A DNA stretch of 64,000 nt from Octopus sinensis (Eukaryota). A program made the position numbers and the translations under genes. The DNA is taken from positions 78,988,001-79,052,000 of the forward strand of contig NC_043002.1 in assembly GCF_006345805.1 (NCBI RefSeq). The letters run 5' to 3'. A model generated the notes under the pieces. That model searched no databases. It saw nothing but the letters and a program-made list of their open reading frames with translations, and was not told the origin of the DNA. How positions within the stretch are numbered: the stretch's first letter is position 1; each line of letters begins with the position of its first letter. Of this stretch, positions 38,950-52,115 are shown piece after piece.

Positions 38950-39660
38950 TGGGCACGTACCAGATCTTTCTTGCTAATTAAAGCTTTTGCCTTTGTTAGA
39001 CTTATTGCCAGTCAATTGTAGACTTCACTCTCACATTAGGAATTTCTTTTACAATTCCTTGATTTAGCAAATTGGCAATCTGAAACTCCATTATGACCCA
39101 AGAACTATGATCAACAGAAAGTACCCTAGTGAAGGCACTTGCAAACTAGATTCCTCAGATTTCTTTGCTAACACTCACCTTATTGACAGCATCTCTATAC
39201 ATTCATCTACAAGTTTTCTCAACAACCACCAGACTGCAGAGCATGTTGCATAACCAAAGTCCTCTTGTAGCTGGTTCTAAGCTCGTAACTATTGTAGCAA
39301 TGTCACAGAGAAAAGGGCATTAACGGTGCCATGTTCAAACACAAACTCAAAAACTACACTGCATCAAAGCTAATTTTCTTTGTAATGTGTAACTTATTCT
39401 TATAACTTAGACTATCAATTTGACATCGCAGTGTTTGTCAGATCATCTCTTTTGCCCTTGTCACAGTTGGTGATACTTCTCAATCATTAGGTATGTCATC
39501 ACCCTGTACAATCTGTTTAACTGTCCTAATTCAACCAGATATTTTTAGCATTTTAACTATTCATCCATCCATGACATCTGGTTGCTTTCCACATCTTCAT
39601 ATTAATTGCCCTTTAGAATGTACAGCTGTCAAAATCAAGAACTGGTCCTTGTGTTAAGTC
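38950..39660 (-). mobile_element. Highly decayed RTE-type reverse transcriptase fragment
   Basis: Broken minus-strand peptides such as GDDIPND, CDKGK and YRDAVNKVSV resemble RTE RT regions; many stops and frameshifts. Confidence 0.5.
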
Positions 39661-42337
39661 TACTCATAGTAGTCTCTCCCTCTCTCTCCCTTTAGCAACC
39701 TTAGCATTTAAACTATTTCTTTCAGTGTTGATGTCAGCAAATATACTGTTATTCTATAAACACTTTTCTCAAAAAAATACTTCATGAGATTAGTAAAGAA
39801 AACTAAAAATTTATATTAAAATAACCTCTTAATAAATAGGAAATAATGTAGGCCTCCTGAAGAAGATTAAATAAGTAGGCAATTTTATTTTTTGGTTCAA
39901 TATCTGATTATTTTCTCACATTATCAAGCTCATCTTGAGTCATCATCCTAGACAGCTTGGACAAACTGAAAATTGTCAGTATTTAAAGTAATTATCCAAA
40001 GTATGATTTCATGTGATTGTATTTATTTTTAAGAATTAATAAACTAAGGCAAGGCCAATAATATATAATATCAAAAATATATTAACAAATAAGAGAGCAA
40101 TTTAACTGACAAACCAAGAGAACAGAAGTCCACAGATAACAGTACAAAAATACCTATATAGTAGACTAAAAGTTACTTCCTTATAGATAAGGACAAATTG
40201 ATTATGATGACGTATGAATCCACTCAAATCAAGGCTACAAAAACTGATACACAATCAGTTAAAAAAAAACAAAAAAACAAACAATCTTGAGATAAATACC
40301 ATTTTATATCAGGCTTTAAAGTCTGATATAGACATCCTGATGTATATTATGAGTACAAGTTTATGAGAAATAACATTAATATAACTGTGTTTCAGGCAAA
40401 GAATATGTAATTCTATTTGTGTCAGTCTGCATTACCAATAACAGGTACCATCCTTATCACATAATATAGTTAGGGATAAGGTGTAATTATTTTTTTCAAA
40501 AATCACTTGTTCCAACAATAAATGTTTAAATTAGTAAAAACCAGGTCGTACCCACCATTCACAAGTACCTATAACTTGATGATATAATTGTTTTAGGTGC
40601 CTATGTACTTACAGGTGCCAATGTCCTCTCAGCTTTCCCAATCTTAATCCAGCAGACCACAGAGTGTGACAGATGAGAGGCAGTAGTGTGCTGGTACTCA
40701 TTTTCAGCTGAATATACTGGAGCAACACAAAATAAAGTGACCTTGCTACAGAAAAAGTACTGCTTGGTCTGGGAATTGAATCCATGACTTTATGACTGTA
40801 AGCCCAACACCTTAGCCACAAAGCCATACACCTTCGTATTCCTAAACTACAAAGAAAATGCTCATGAGGTTCTCAAGACCATATTTCTATTGAAAATGGA
40901 TGGCCTATGAGTTCCAATTAATTTTGAAAACAAATCAATTTGGAGAAATTTAATTAAGTAATTTTTGCATTGATTTGATATTTGGAACATTATCCTCACC
41001 ATTTTAAAATCTTTTTCTGTGGTAACAGATTCTAGAGGCTAGATGTCCTTCCTGGCATCACTATTCCACATATCAAATTGGAGTACATTGTTTATGTGCA
41101 ACATAAGCATCACCACAATCCAAGCAGTATTAATTCATTAATTTTGAAAACAATCAAGAACTTGATAGGATTGAGTAAAATCATTTTTACACTGAGCTAA
41201 TTGCCGTTTCGTACATTAAAAGGTTCTTAAATAAAATTAGGAAGACAGGTATATTAATTTAAATATTAATGCTTAACCCTTCAGCATTCGGCTTATTCTG
41301 TCAAATGTAATATTTATTTACATTGTTTTGAACTAATCTGTCACTGCAGGATAGGTTTGAGAGGTTGGATCTGAGCAGTTTTAACATAAAACAAGTAGAA
41401 TATTTCAGCTGGATATGGCTGTTTAAATGCTTACAGGTTAAATAAAGAGGGTTTGTATTAAGAGAAATAGAAGGACATTGTTCTCCAAAGGATTAAAAGA
41501 AAATGACATGAATAAATCCTAGAAAATAAAAGCAAGAAAGAAAAAAAAAAGCTGAGCAGTTCACCAAGACAACCAGAAACATCTACAAATGTAAAGTGGC
41601 ATAATTAAGGACAACATGGATCAGTTCTTTCCTACAGCACATAAGACAAGAGTTTCTTCTGAAGCCTTGAGCTGGTCCGAAAGGAAATTTGGAGGACAGA
41701 AACTGTGCAGAAGCCTGCCATGTATATATACGAGTCCCCTACATCATATAGTAAAAAACAGCTATAAATTAATGAAGTTTATAAGATAATTTATTCCTTT
41801 GTCATCTCTTCATATATATATATATATATAGTGTATTTTTTTCGTGCTTGTTTTACCCCTCTGCGAGGTTATTTTATTTTAATTCTCTCACAGGAAAGCC
41901 TAGAATTGACGAGTCGTGTCCTGTCTTGCCTTGCCTTCGAAACACGCTTAAGTCTACTAGTGACAGCTGATGAAGGGGATTTTTCCTTGTGTAGCATGTC
42001 CTGTACCTTGTTTTTCTGTTGTAAATAATGTTTTTCCTGTTTTCGTTCTCGTCCTGTTCCACGTCTCTGTCCTTCTGTTGTAACAAAATGGCTTTTCCGT
42101 TTTCGTTGAGTTTTACGTCTTTTTGTGGTGTCCTGTACGTATATATATTTATATATGCATGTATATATACATGTAGATGTCAGTACGTACATATATGTTT
42201 GTATGTATGCATATATATTTATTTATTACACTATTGTATGACAGCGCTTCGCGTCGTGGTTCGTTCGAATTTTCGCTTCGTTCCGTCTCTTTTTTCCTCC
42301 CAGTATTGTTTTATTATATATATATATATATATATAT

Positions 42338-42497
42338 CACCCACTACACTCATGAAGTAGTTGGCATTAGGAAGAGCATTCATCTGTAGAAACACTGCCA
42401 GATTAGACTGGAGCCTGGTGCAGCCTCCTGGCTTCCCAGATCCCAGTCGAACCGTCCAACCCATGCAAGGAAAACGAACATTAAACGATGATGATGA
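42338..42497 (+). mobile_element. RTE-like 3' end adjacent to (TA)n
   Basis: Same family as 1316-1598, with (GAT)n tail. Confidence 0.75.
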
Positions 42498-43818
42498 AAT
42501 ATATTTCATTTGAATGAACTGAACCTTGAAGTCCTATGCTCTCTATTTTTGAGAAATAAAGCAAGGCAAAAAGGGAATAGAAATTTTCCAAAATTCAGTG
42601 TTTCTACTCAATATCCGACTAACAAAACAACTTGTCTATGCTTTCATGAAATAGACAATAAAGGTACCATAGCAGCATACTCCTTACAATTTGCATGCTA
42701 GGGGTGGACAAACAGAGACAAAGAGACAAACTGACAAAGATTAACTGAACACAATACATGCTTTTTCATTATACATGTATACAAATACAATTTATATATG
42801 TAGATGATTAAACATATATATTTCTATGCAGTATTCAGCTAACTAAACATCCTGTTGGCATTTCCACGAAATTCAGATATAGTGAAAGTATCTACCATAG
42901 GTCAACTAACTAAAGGTGTCAGTATTTCCACAAATTTCAGACATAGCAAAAGTACTATAACAGCCAATTACTTTTCATGCACATGGTCAAAAGGAGATAC
43001 ACTGCTTATTATACACAAGTAGATAAAGTAAAACACTTAGGCAGTGCACTTAATAAAAATAGTCATAAAAGAGTTAAGTATACTTATTGGTCAGTGGCAA
43101 ATTGGCAAGAGCCATTAGGGTATTTGGATAGAATGTATTCATATTGGCTCGCTATGCATCAAGTTCAAATCCTGCCAAATCCAACCTTGCCTTTCATATT
43201 GCCTACTATAATATTTCACAAGGTAGAATTCCCATGGAAACAGTAAGAATAAATTCCATGAATTTCCAGTTTGTAATTATTTTCATCTTATTTGAGATGT
43301 CTTACTTTGTAAAATAATATCTAATAAGTAACAGGTAATATCATGCTGACAATTTCTAAAAAGAATGAAATAGTGCTATGGGTTATTACCACCAACTAGA
43401 AGTTGCAAGAACTTCATAAACAAACAAAAACATTAAATATATGAATCCTATGCATTGTTTTCCTCAAAATCCTTTCATTTCTAATTCAAATTCTTAATGT
43501 TAGAAGATAATCATTTCTTCTAACATGAAGAAATGATTATCTCTTATGTTAGAATAGTCATCACTTGGGAAATCATGTGAAAAAAAGAAGTACCATTCTA
43601 GAGAACTGAATTGGCAGAACTGTTAGGGTGTGGGGTAAAACTCCTTGCAGTATTATTTTGGTATAATATCCATTCTGATAAGATATTATAGGGCAGCTGT
43701 AAGTGGTTGGATCTGATCAGTTCGAACATAAAATAGGCAGAATATTTGGACCAAATAGAGCCGGTTTAAATGGTAATGGGTTAACTAAAACAACAAATTA
43801 GAATTTGAACTTAGAAAC

Positions 43819-44077
43819 AGTTGCTTGAACCATAAGAAATAGCAAAATTTCTTTCAAATCATAACACTTTAAATAAAGAATTCATTGAGCAGGACAGCCC
43901 CAGGAAAAAAAAAGGGGTGGACAGTCATGGCTTGCTGAACTGTCTTTATTCATCATCATTTAAACGTCCGCTTTCCATGCGGACCCTTTTTTCCTGGGGC
44001 TGCCTGCTCAATGAATTCTTTATTTAAAGTGTTATGATTTGAAAGAAATTTTGCTATTTCTTATGGTTCAAGCAACT
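43819..44077. repeat. Near-perfect ~95-100-bp inverted repeat with ~65-bp spacer
   Basis: Arms 43819-43918 and 43983-44077 differ only by small indels. Confidence 0.9.
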
Positions 44078-44639
44078 AAAGTTATTTGATCCAGGTTAAT
44101 CCTAGGTCAAAGAATAACTTGTTTACATACCACACCAACTGTATTTTGATATAAAAGGTATCATATTGGGGGAAGAGAGAAAAAAATTCACATTATATAA
44201 ATAGAAAAACTGGCAGAAGTTCAAAAGTTTACTGCATTCTAGACTTTGAAATACTTGTCCCCATCCCACTCTCACTTTTTTCCTTCTTACAAATCAAGAC
44301 TGACACAAGTAAATAATAAACCATATTGAATAAACAAGTGGTAACTTAGCCTGCTAGAAACAATAGCAAAATATTTCAAGGCACACTATATACAAAACAA
44401 AATATTAACCCTTTAGTGTTTAAACCGGCCAAAATTAATTCCCCTCTATTTGTTCAAACCAACCAAATCCGGCCGTATCTGACTCCTCTATAAAATCACT
44501 GTTGACTTCCCCTCCCCCTGAATCTAGTTATGTATGTTTATTGACGGATGAGAACAAGGAACAGATTTGTGAGCTAACAGAATGGTAAACAGTGAAATTT
44601 GTGAATGTTGAAGAGAAAATATTGACTTTTATAAAGCTG

Positions 44640-44790
44640 TAAGGATAAATGGAAGAAAAAAAGTTTGCAGACTGAGTTCGCTGCAAAAAAGAAAAACTGC
44701 AAAAGGGTATCAGATTGAGACTTCATATACATGTTCCATTTGCAAAGTACCCTTGTGACGGGTGCATTGGGCAGTTTCATGACAGAAATA
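44640..44790 (+). mobile_element. piggyBac transposase C-terminal cysteine-rich domain remnant
   Basis: + strand translation RINGRKKVCRLSSLQKRKTAKGYQIETSYTCSICKVPL* matches the C..C...TxYxCxxCxVxLC pattern; TTAA|CCC ends at 44409 and 45264. Confidence 0.6.
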
Positions 44791-46069
44791 TGTCATAACT
44801 ATATTCCTTTTCATATGTGAAAGTGAGAAATACATTAATTTTCAGTATGTTACACACTGTATTCACCTTTGTCTCACCTGTTAATGAGCTTTTTTTATTA
44901 GATTCATTGTTACGTAAATGAATTCATTAAATTATATAAGAATGCAAAGCCAATGGTATATTGACTCGTAAAAGAGTTTTGTACTTTATTTTCAATGAAA
45001 ATGAATGAAATATAGAAATAAAATCTTTTAATGATTACACCTGTATTTTAATTCAAATTAATGTACCTCATCTTGTATTCCTGGGTCTACCTCTACCACA
45101 GATTGTTACCATATTTCTGTTGATATATACTGCCTTCCTTTTAATTTTGAAAAATGTGCAGGATTTATAAAATCACGTAACTTTGTGCTTAAAAATTCTC
45201 TTTAAAACAAAAAGTATAAATCATAGAACTAGGGACAGTCTCAAAAGGGTTGCTATTAAAAGGGTTAAGCGATAAAGTTTTTCTCTCCCTGTTAACTACA
45301 TGTACAATCATCAAGGATGGATCTGACCAAACAAATTATCTCGAAGACAAACCAGCTGTCTTTGTCCACAGAAATAATTTCACTTTTATTAGTTGTTTGG
45401 TACCATTTCAACCCTGATCAAACTTTGAAACTGACCATCTTAAATTTGAAATGCTATGTAAGATTTCATTAATCAGTGTATCTTTAAGATTGTAGAATGT
45501 ACTACAGAGAAAATTCATTTGCTATTTCTGACAGGTGAGTGATTGTATCATCTTTAGTATTCTATACTCTGAATACCAATCTACCTTAGCTAGCAGGATG
45601 TAATCATGGAGACATACTAACTAGTGACTCAATCATTATCAAAATTGCACTTGTTTACAATGGTAATAAGGGCACCCTGACTTCGCCTGATGTATGTCCT
45701 CCTGTCCATGTTTTCCCTTTCAAAACACTAACTTACAAACACTCGAAAGATAAACTGTACTAAGTTCACTCAGTTATCTTGTTTCCCCTCCACCCAATGT
45801 CTGAGAAGGCCAGAGAAGTTTACTGACAGTATCTTTCCACCCTTAAACAGATTATATAATAGATAGAAATACACAAACACACAGACAGGCAGATAAAGTA
45901 AGATAAAAGAGAAAGAAACATGGAGAGACAAAAGATGCAAAGTGTAAGCATGCAGGTACATATATACGAGAAGAGAAAAGAGACAGGCATTGGAAATACA
46001 AAAAGAAAAAAGACATACAAAGGAAGAGAAAAGAGATAGACCAAGTCTAACAGTGCCCAGTTTAATACC

Positions 46070-46302
46070 TATTTCTTTACTACCCACAAGGGGCTAAACA
46101 CAGAGGACAAACAAGGACAGACAAACGGATTAAGTCGATTATATCGACTCCAGTGCGTAACTGGTACTTAATTTATCGACCCCGAAAGGATGAAAGGCAA
46201 AGTCGACCTCAGCGGAATTTGAACTCAGAAAGTAACAGCAGACGAAATACCACTAAGCATTTCGCCCAGTGTGCTAACGATTCTGCCAGCTCGCCACCTT
46301 AG
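46070..46302 (-). mobile_element. SINE family 2, young, 8-bp TSD
   Basis: TSD TTAATACC at 46062-46069 and 46303-46310. Confidence 0.85.
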
Positions 46303-49300
46303 TTAATACCATGACTTGGTCTTTGGGTACTTTTCGTAAAAAGTCCACTCTCAGTTCCCTCCAAGTTTTTCTTACAGACTCTAAGGTTGAATATCAAATA
46401 CATCAATCTGGGACAGCCTGCAAAAAATTTAGGGCACTTCCCCCTCTTAGCCAACTAATTAAGTAAACATGTTTTAAACCCCACCTTTCAAATGATGTTA
46501 TGCTTCATGGAGTAGAATAAGACAGGATTTTTTTTATAACTATCTAGGGAAAGGTGACAACTGCCTGGACTGACTAGGGAAAGTATACAGGATATAGCTA
46601 AGAACATTTTGACAAGATCTATTTACACAACAAATAAATCAACATCATTCAGATCAGAATGCAAATACACAGATGATAAGACAACATGCTACATAACTCA
46701 CTTTATTTTATCTCTCACAAGTCTTTCATCATACAAATGACAATTACCACTCAAACATTTACACATCCGACATAACTCAGCAACAAGGTATTTACTTTCA
46801 CCCAGCCCTCGAAACCTTTTTATAAAAACCCATAGTACACTTTCCAGCGCTCATAACTGGCAAGGTGAATGGCAGACCACCCACTTATTGGCTGAAAGAC
46901 ATCACAACCACAGGATTGTCTTTATTCTCAGCTGTCCATTGGGTAGAAGACAGGATAAGGTGGCAAGACATCGTGATGACCACAGCATCGCATAGTGCGA
47001 CACCTGACTAGGATGATGATGTGCACACTTTATTATAAATATTTAATATCCATTTTCTCATGCTTGCATGAATTAGAATTTGTTGAGGCAGATTTTCTAC
47101 AGCAGGATGCCATTCCCGTCACCAACTTATCTACTTCCAAGTAAAGAAATATTTCCTATGACCAGATTTTTTTTTTTTGTTTTTACAGAAGACTGGAAAT
47201 GAACGACTTTACTTGTACGAGTGATGACATCATGCGATTGTAAATGAGCAAGACAAGGATGCATGCAAACACACACTAGGCTTCTTTTAGTTTCTGTCTA
47301 CCAAATCCACTCCCAAGGCTTTGGTAGACCTGGGGCTATAGAAGATACTTGCCCAAGGTTCCACACAATGGGTCTGATCCCAAGACCACGATTATACCTT
47401 TAGCAAAAATTAAAATATTTTGCTATACTTTGTGCATAAAGTCAAAGAAAAATCAATTTGAAAACCGTTTTTATATATTTTACCCTATAAATATAAAAGC
47501 ATTTAATATTAAGAGTTTCTTTTCAAATAATGAAGCGTAGCTAACTATGAGAAACAGGACATAATTTTATCTTCATTGTGCACTTGAGAAACAGGACGTT
47601 GTAATTTGTGGGATTTAAAAAAAATTTCTATAAACTATCATTTTAAATCAGCTTTCTGTTCTGGCATGGGTCAGACAGGCTATCAAAGTGCAAGTCTTTC
47701 AAAGTTACAATTGTAGTATAACTATTATTTTCATGACACACCTTGAGAACTTCGTGATTTAGGGCATATCTTCCCACATTTTTTAAAATGTTGCCTTGAT
47801 ATTTTACAGTATTGATTTTTTTTCTTTTTGTAAAAAAAATTTTATGGTTTTCACAAAACATGAGAAATATATTTTTTTTTTTGTATCATGCCTTTTACAG
47901 AGTGGAATATTTTATTTTTGTAGCATACCTGAGGAATGTGGGCAGATTTTGTTGTTAATACATTGCAGCATGTAGTTTTAAAACCACTCTTTACCAGGGG
48001 TTGGCAAAGCAGTCAGTATTGACTTCAAGAGGTAGGACTCTACATGGCTATCCAAAGGGTTGATAAATATCCAAGTTGATTTTGAGCATCAAGAATGTGG
48101 AGTTCATCATCATTTAACATGTTTTAAATGCTGACATGGCTTAGACTGGAGCTATTAAACCAGAGGGTTGCACCAGGCTCCAGTCATCTGTTTTGGCTTG
48201 GTTTTTACAGATGGATGCCCTTCCCAACACCAACCATTTTACAGGGTGTACTGAGTGCCTTTTACATGTCACAGGCAATGACAATTCACTTAGCAAATTG
48301 TCAGAAGTCTGTCACTTGTTATTGCCTCTGTGAGGCTCAGCAACCAAAGATCATATCTCACCAGCTTGCCCCACGTCTTCCTGGGTCTATGAATGAAATT
48401 TTTACATTTCTTTATCAAAGTTATTTTCATTCAATTTCTTTAACATTTAAACCAGGCATAACAAGTCCAAATATTCTGCTGGCTTAATATTTAAAATGGC
48501 CAAATCTGGACTCACATCTACCCTACAATGTCATTCTAAAATAATCACATTGAAATCTTGAAGTTACAAGATAATGGATTAATTCAAACCAATATGAATA
48601 AATAAGCCTTATATTTAATAGAGTAATCTGAATGATAACGGGTTAATTATTTCCAGTAAGCGCAAAAAAAAGGACAGTAATGCTGCAAAAGAATAAAGGA
48701 ATTATTGTTCAAGAAATTCTTTATTACTTTTTAATTTCATTTAAAAATTTTACATGGAGGTCTATAAGTTAACAATTACATGATGGGGCCAATAAATTAG
48801 CAATTCCATGCAAGTGTCAATGAGCTAAGCAGTTTGCCAACCCCACCTCTAATCTAATAAACACCACAGGTAGACAGCTTTTATACATTGCTGGAAGAGA
48901 ATTCAATTTGCAAACTTTCTCGCACAGGTGCATATAATGTAGCTGTTGGTTGTTCCTGACTTTGAAAAAGAATTGGCCCAACTTAGTGAAATCATCATTT
49001 AACATTTTCCATGGTGGCTTTGGTTGGAATGTTTGACAGGGGCTGGTTAGTCACAAGACAGTACCAGGTTTCACTGTGTTTTGGCAGGGTTTTTATGACG
49101 CTGTCCTTCCTAACACCAACCACCTAATAGAGTGGCCTGAATGCTTTTCACATGATGCCAACACCGGCAAGGCCCATTTTGGTATGGTTCTTACAGTATG
49201 GACTGGATGCTCCAGCACTGGTGGGGTCACCAAGTAACTTACAAGACAAAGACCCTTTGAGAGGGGGTGTACGGGAGTAGAGAGATGGTGAAGTGCAAAG

Positions 49301-49846
49301 GCATACCCTCAAGGTACAGGGATCAGAATATAAATGGGATGGTAGAATATTACCAAGGGTGCATGAGTAGGGACTTCACATGAATGCAATATCAACCCTA
49401 TTAGTCAAGGGTTTAAAAAAATTAATAAATGACCAAGATATTTGGCACCATGTAGTCAAGAAGATCCACCCACCACAGCAAAAATTGATACCAGTTTCAC
49501 ATAAAAAGCACCCAATACACTGTGGAGTGGTTGGTGTTAAGAAGGGCATCCAGCTGTAGTAACCATGCCAGAACAGGCAATGAAGCCTGGTTGGACCCCG
49601 CCAACTTTACGAGCTCTGGTCAAACTGTCCAACCCATGCCAGCATGGAAAACTGACGTTAAATTATATTTAAGTTGGAGAAAGATATGTCATGGTTTTCA
49701 CAAACCCTCCCAGATAAGTGAGGTTGATGCAACTGATACTGCAAAAATTATAGACATTACCTCTGCAAGACAAAAATATTTTAAAATACTTCATCCAGGC
49801 AAAAGAAAATTGTGGGTAAAAAACTATGGAAGTATTGTGATATTAA

Positions 49847-50067
49847 CCCTTTCGTTACCAACCTGGCCAAAACCGGCTCTAGCTCTGTAGTACAAATGTC
49901 TTGATTTCATAAGTTTTGCATCAAAATATACCACCAAACCTTAGTCGCAATTTATATTCCTAATACTAGCTTAATGATAACTAAGTTATTTTACTAAATT
50001 ATTTGTTATATTTAAAATAATTGAAAGAAACACAGAGCATCTCAAAATGAATACAGTAACAAAAGGG
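49847..50067. mobile_element. piggyBac-type MITE (family B)
   Basis: TTAA|CCCTTTCGTTAC ... GTAACAAAAGGG|TTAA. Confidence 0.8.
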
Positions 50068-51881
50068 TTAATGCCTTTCTGAAAGAAAGAAATACAAACT
50101 GAGCCTTAATTGGCAAAGAATATTTCCTACTAGTGACTTTTACCAATTTGTACCTTATTAACTAACACATACAAATAAGTTAATAAGAACCTCTATGTTG
50201 TCATACCCTATGGTCTTAATAAATAAAAAAAAGGCATTGTGATTATATATATATATTGGAAAGCAAAAAAGATGGGATTGTCACAGCTGGAATACCTTTC
50301 AACCATAGTTTATTTGATAGAGCTAACCTGAGATTAAAGAACAACAAACATTAAATATTACAAAGCTGTAGCTTTATCTGATATAAATTTGAAATGGAAT
50401 TTATGATGGGCTAACAAAATTCTAATTTAAAATTTTAGCTGTAAACTGAAAACCAGGTCCATGCCAAAACAGTTGCCGTGCACGCACACACAAAGCTGCT
50501 TTCCCTGCTCGCATATACTACACAAATTTGTCACATTCAGCCAAATCACATTTGACTGTCAATTTTCCCACTTCATCTGTAAAAGCCGAAACATTTTTTT
50601 TTACGATTTACATCTACATCATGTTTCAATCAGTTTGATCTTTGATCAAGACAACAGAAGAAATCTAAATTTATTTTTTAAATGCGTCATCATTCACAAA
50701 AAGGTTAATAGTCCAAAAATTATAATATTAACAATAATTTAACTTAAATATTTAAAAATTTAATAATACTTGACACATCTATCTTCAATGATTGCAAATC
50801 TTTAGCATTACTTTTTCAGATCTTGCTACCTATCACAAGCATTTGCACACGTTTCATACAGATCACCAGTTTTATATGGAGAGAAACTCTTTTCTGATAT
50901 GTTTGTCAAAATCCACTGCCTTTGTTTCAATTTTGAAAATGATAAATTTAGTAAAGATCTGATGAGATTTTGATGGAAGATTTTAATTCAGATGATTTTA
51001 GAACAAGATTATATCACTGAAGCAAGGATGATCTCAGAATATTTTCTTCCAGGTCTCGATTTTGACAACTATACTTTAACTGCATTTATTTGCTACACCT
51101 AGCTGATTAATTAGCTCAACTGGAAAAAAAACTTACTTAAAGTGAACTCTAGTGAGCCCTTCATGAATTTCATTTCATGATATTAAGTAGAAGTTCCAGG
51201 TGAGGAAACATTTCAATGAAATCTAACACACAAGCAAGTTTCCATGGGCCAACATAAAAAAAATTCATAAAATTATCTAAGCTTATACACTGCAAACAGA
51301 AGCAAGATCTAATGTTTCAAATAGGCTCCTATTTTGAAACTTTTTTTCTTTTGGCCAACTAAACTATTACTCATTTTCACACACAAAAGAGTTTGACAAC
51401 TAAAAAAGGGAATGTTCTTAATAACCTAAGCTCTCTTTCTGGTTATTCATCTTAAGTAATGTTAACTAAACCATATACAGTAATAAAGACACTATTAGAT
51501 TTTTCTTTCCTTTTCTATGAAATTTATTTCTTGTTTGCCTTATGGTTTGCCCAACTTTTCAAGTCAAGGTACATCCACTAAATCAAACCCATCCAGACGA
51601 CCACTTCACATACAGTGAAATTTAATTCCTGTATGCAGCAGACATGTCTACATACACACACATTGTAATGTCCTACAGGAACCACTTCATTTCAGAAGAA
51701 TGATTTCAAATAATAAGAGTACAAAATATCAGTACTATCTGAGAAGACACCTTGATTAATACATAAAAAAAAAATTAGATAGAAACCCAGTACTGTTTAA
51801 TCAATACAAGTGATAGGTACCACAAGGGGAGTTTGAGTATTTATCTCTGTGGTAAGATTAACAGGAAGCTAAGGATTAGAT

Positions 51882-52115
51882 CAGTGGTTTTTGAACCATT
51901 TTTTGCCTATGGACCCGTTTGTTTCTTATTTATTTGGATGGACACTCCTAGCTACTTGAAATTTTAAAAATCCCATTATATTTTTTATAATTAGTAAGAA
52001 TCGCATAAAAAAAAAAAAAAGCTGAAAATATTTTTTGTATTGTAGAAGCAGAACCAATTAATAGCACACAAATTTTAGCAAAAAATCTTATATGGACCTC
52101 AGTTGAGAACTACTG
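51882..52115. mobile_element. hAT-type MITE
   Basis: CAGTGGTTTTTGAAC ... GTTGAGAACTACTG termini; degenerate 8-bp TSD GATTAGAT/CTTTAGAT. Confidence 0.6.

Noticed and set aside
41967-41990. Complete hammerhead at CTGATGAAGGGG
   Set aside because: No GAAA follows the putative helix II.
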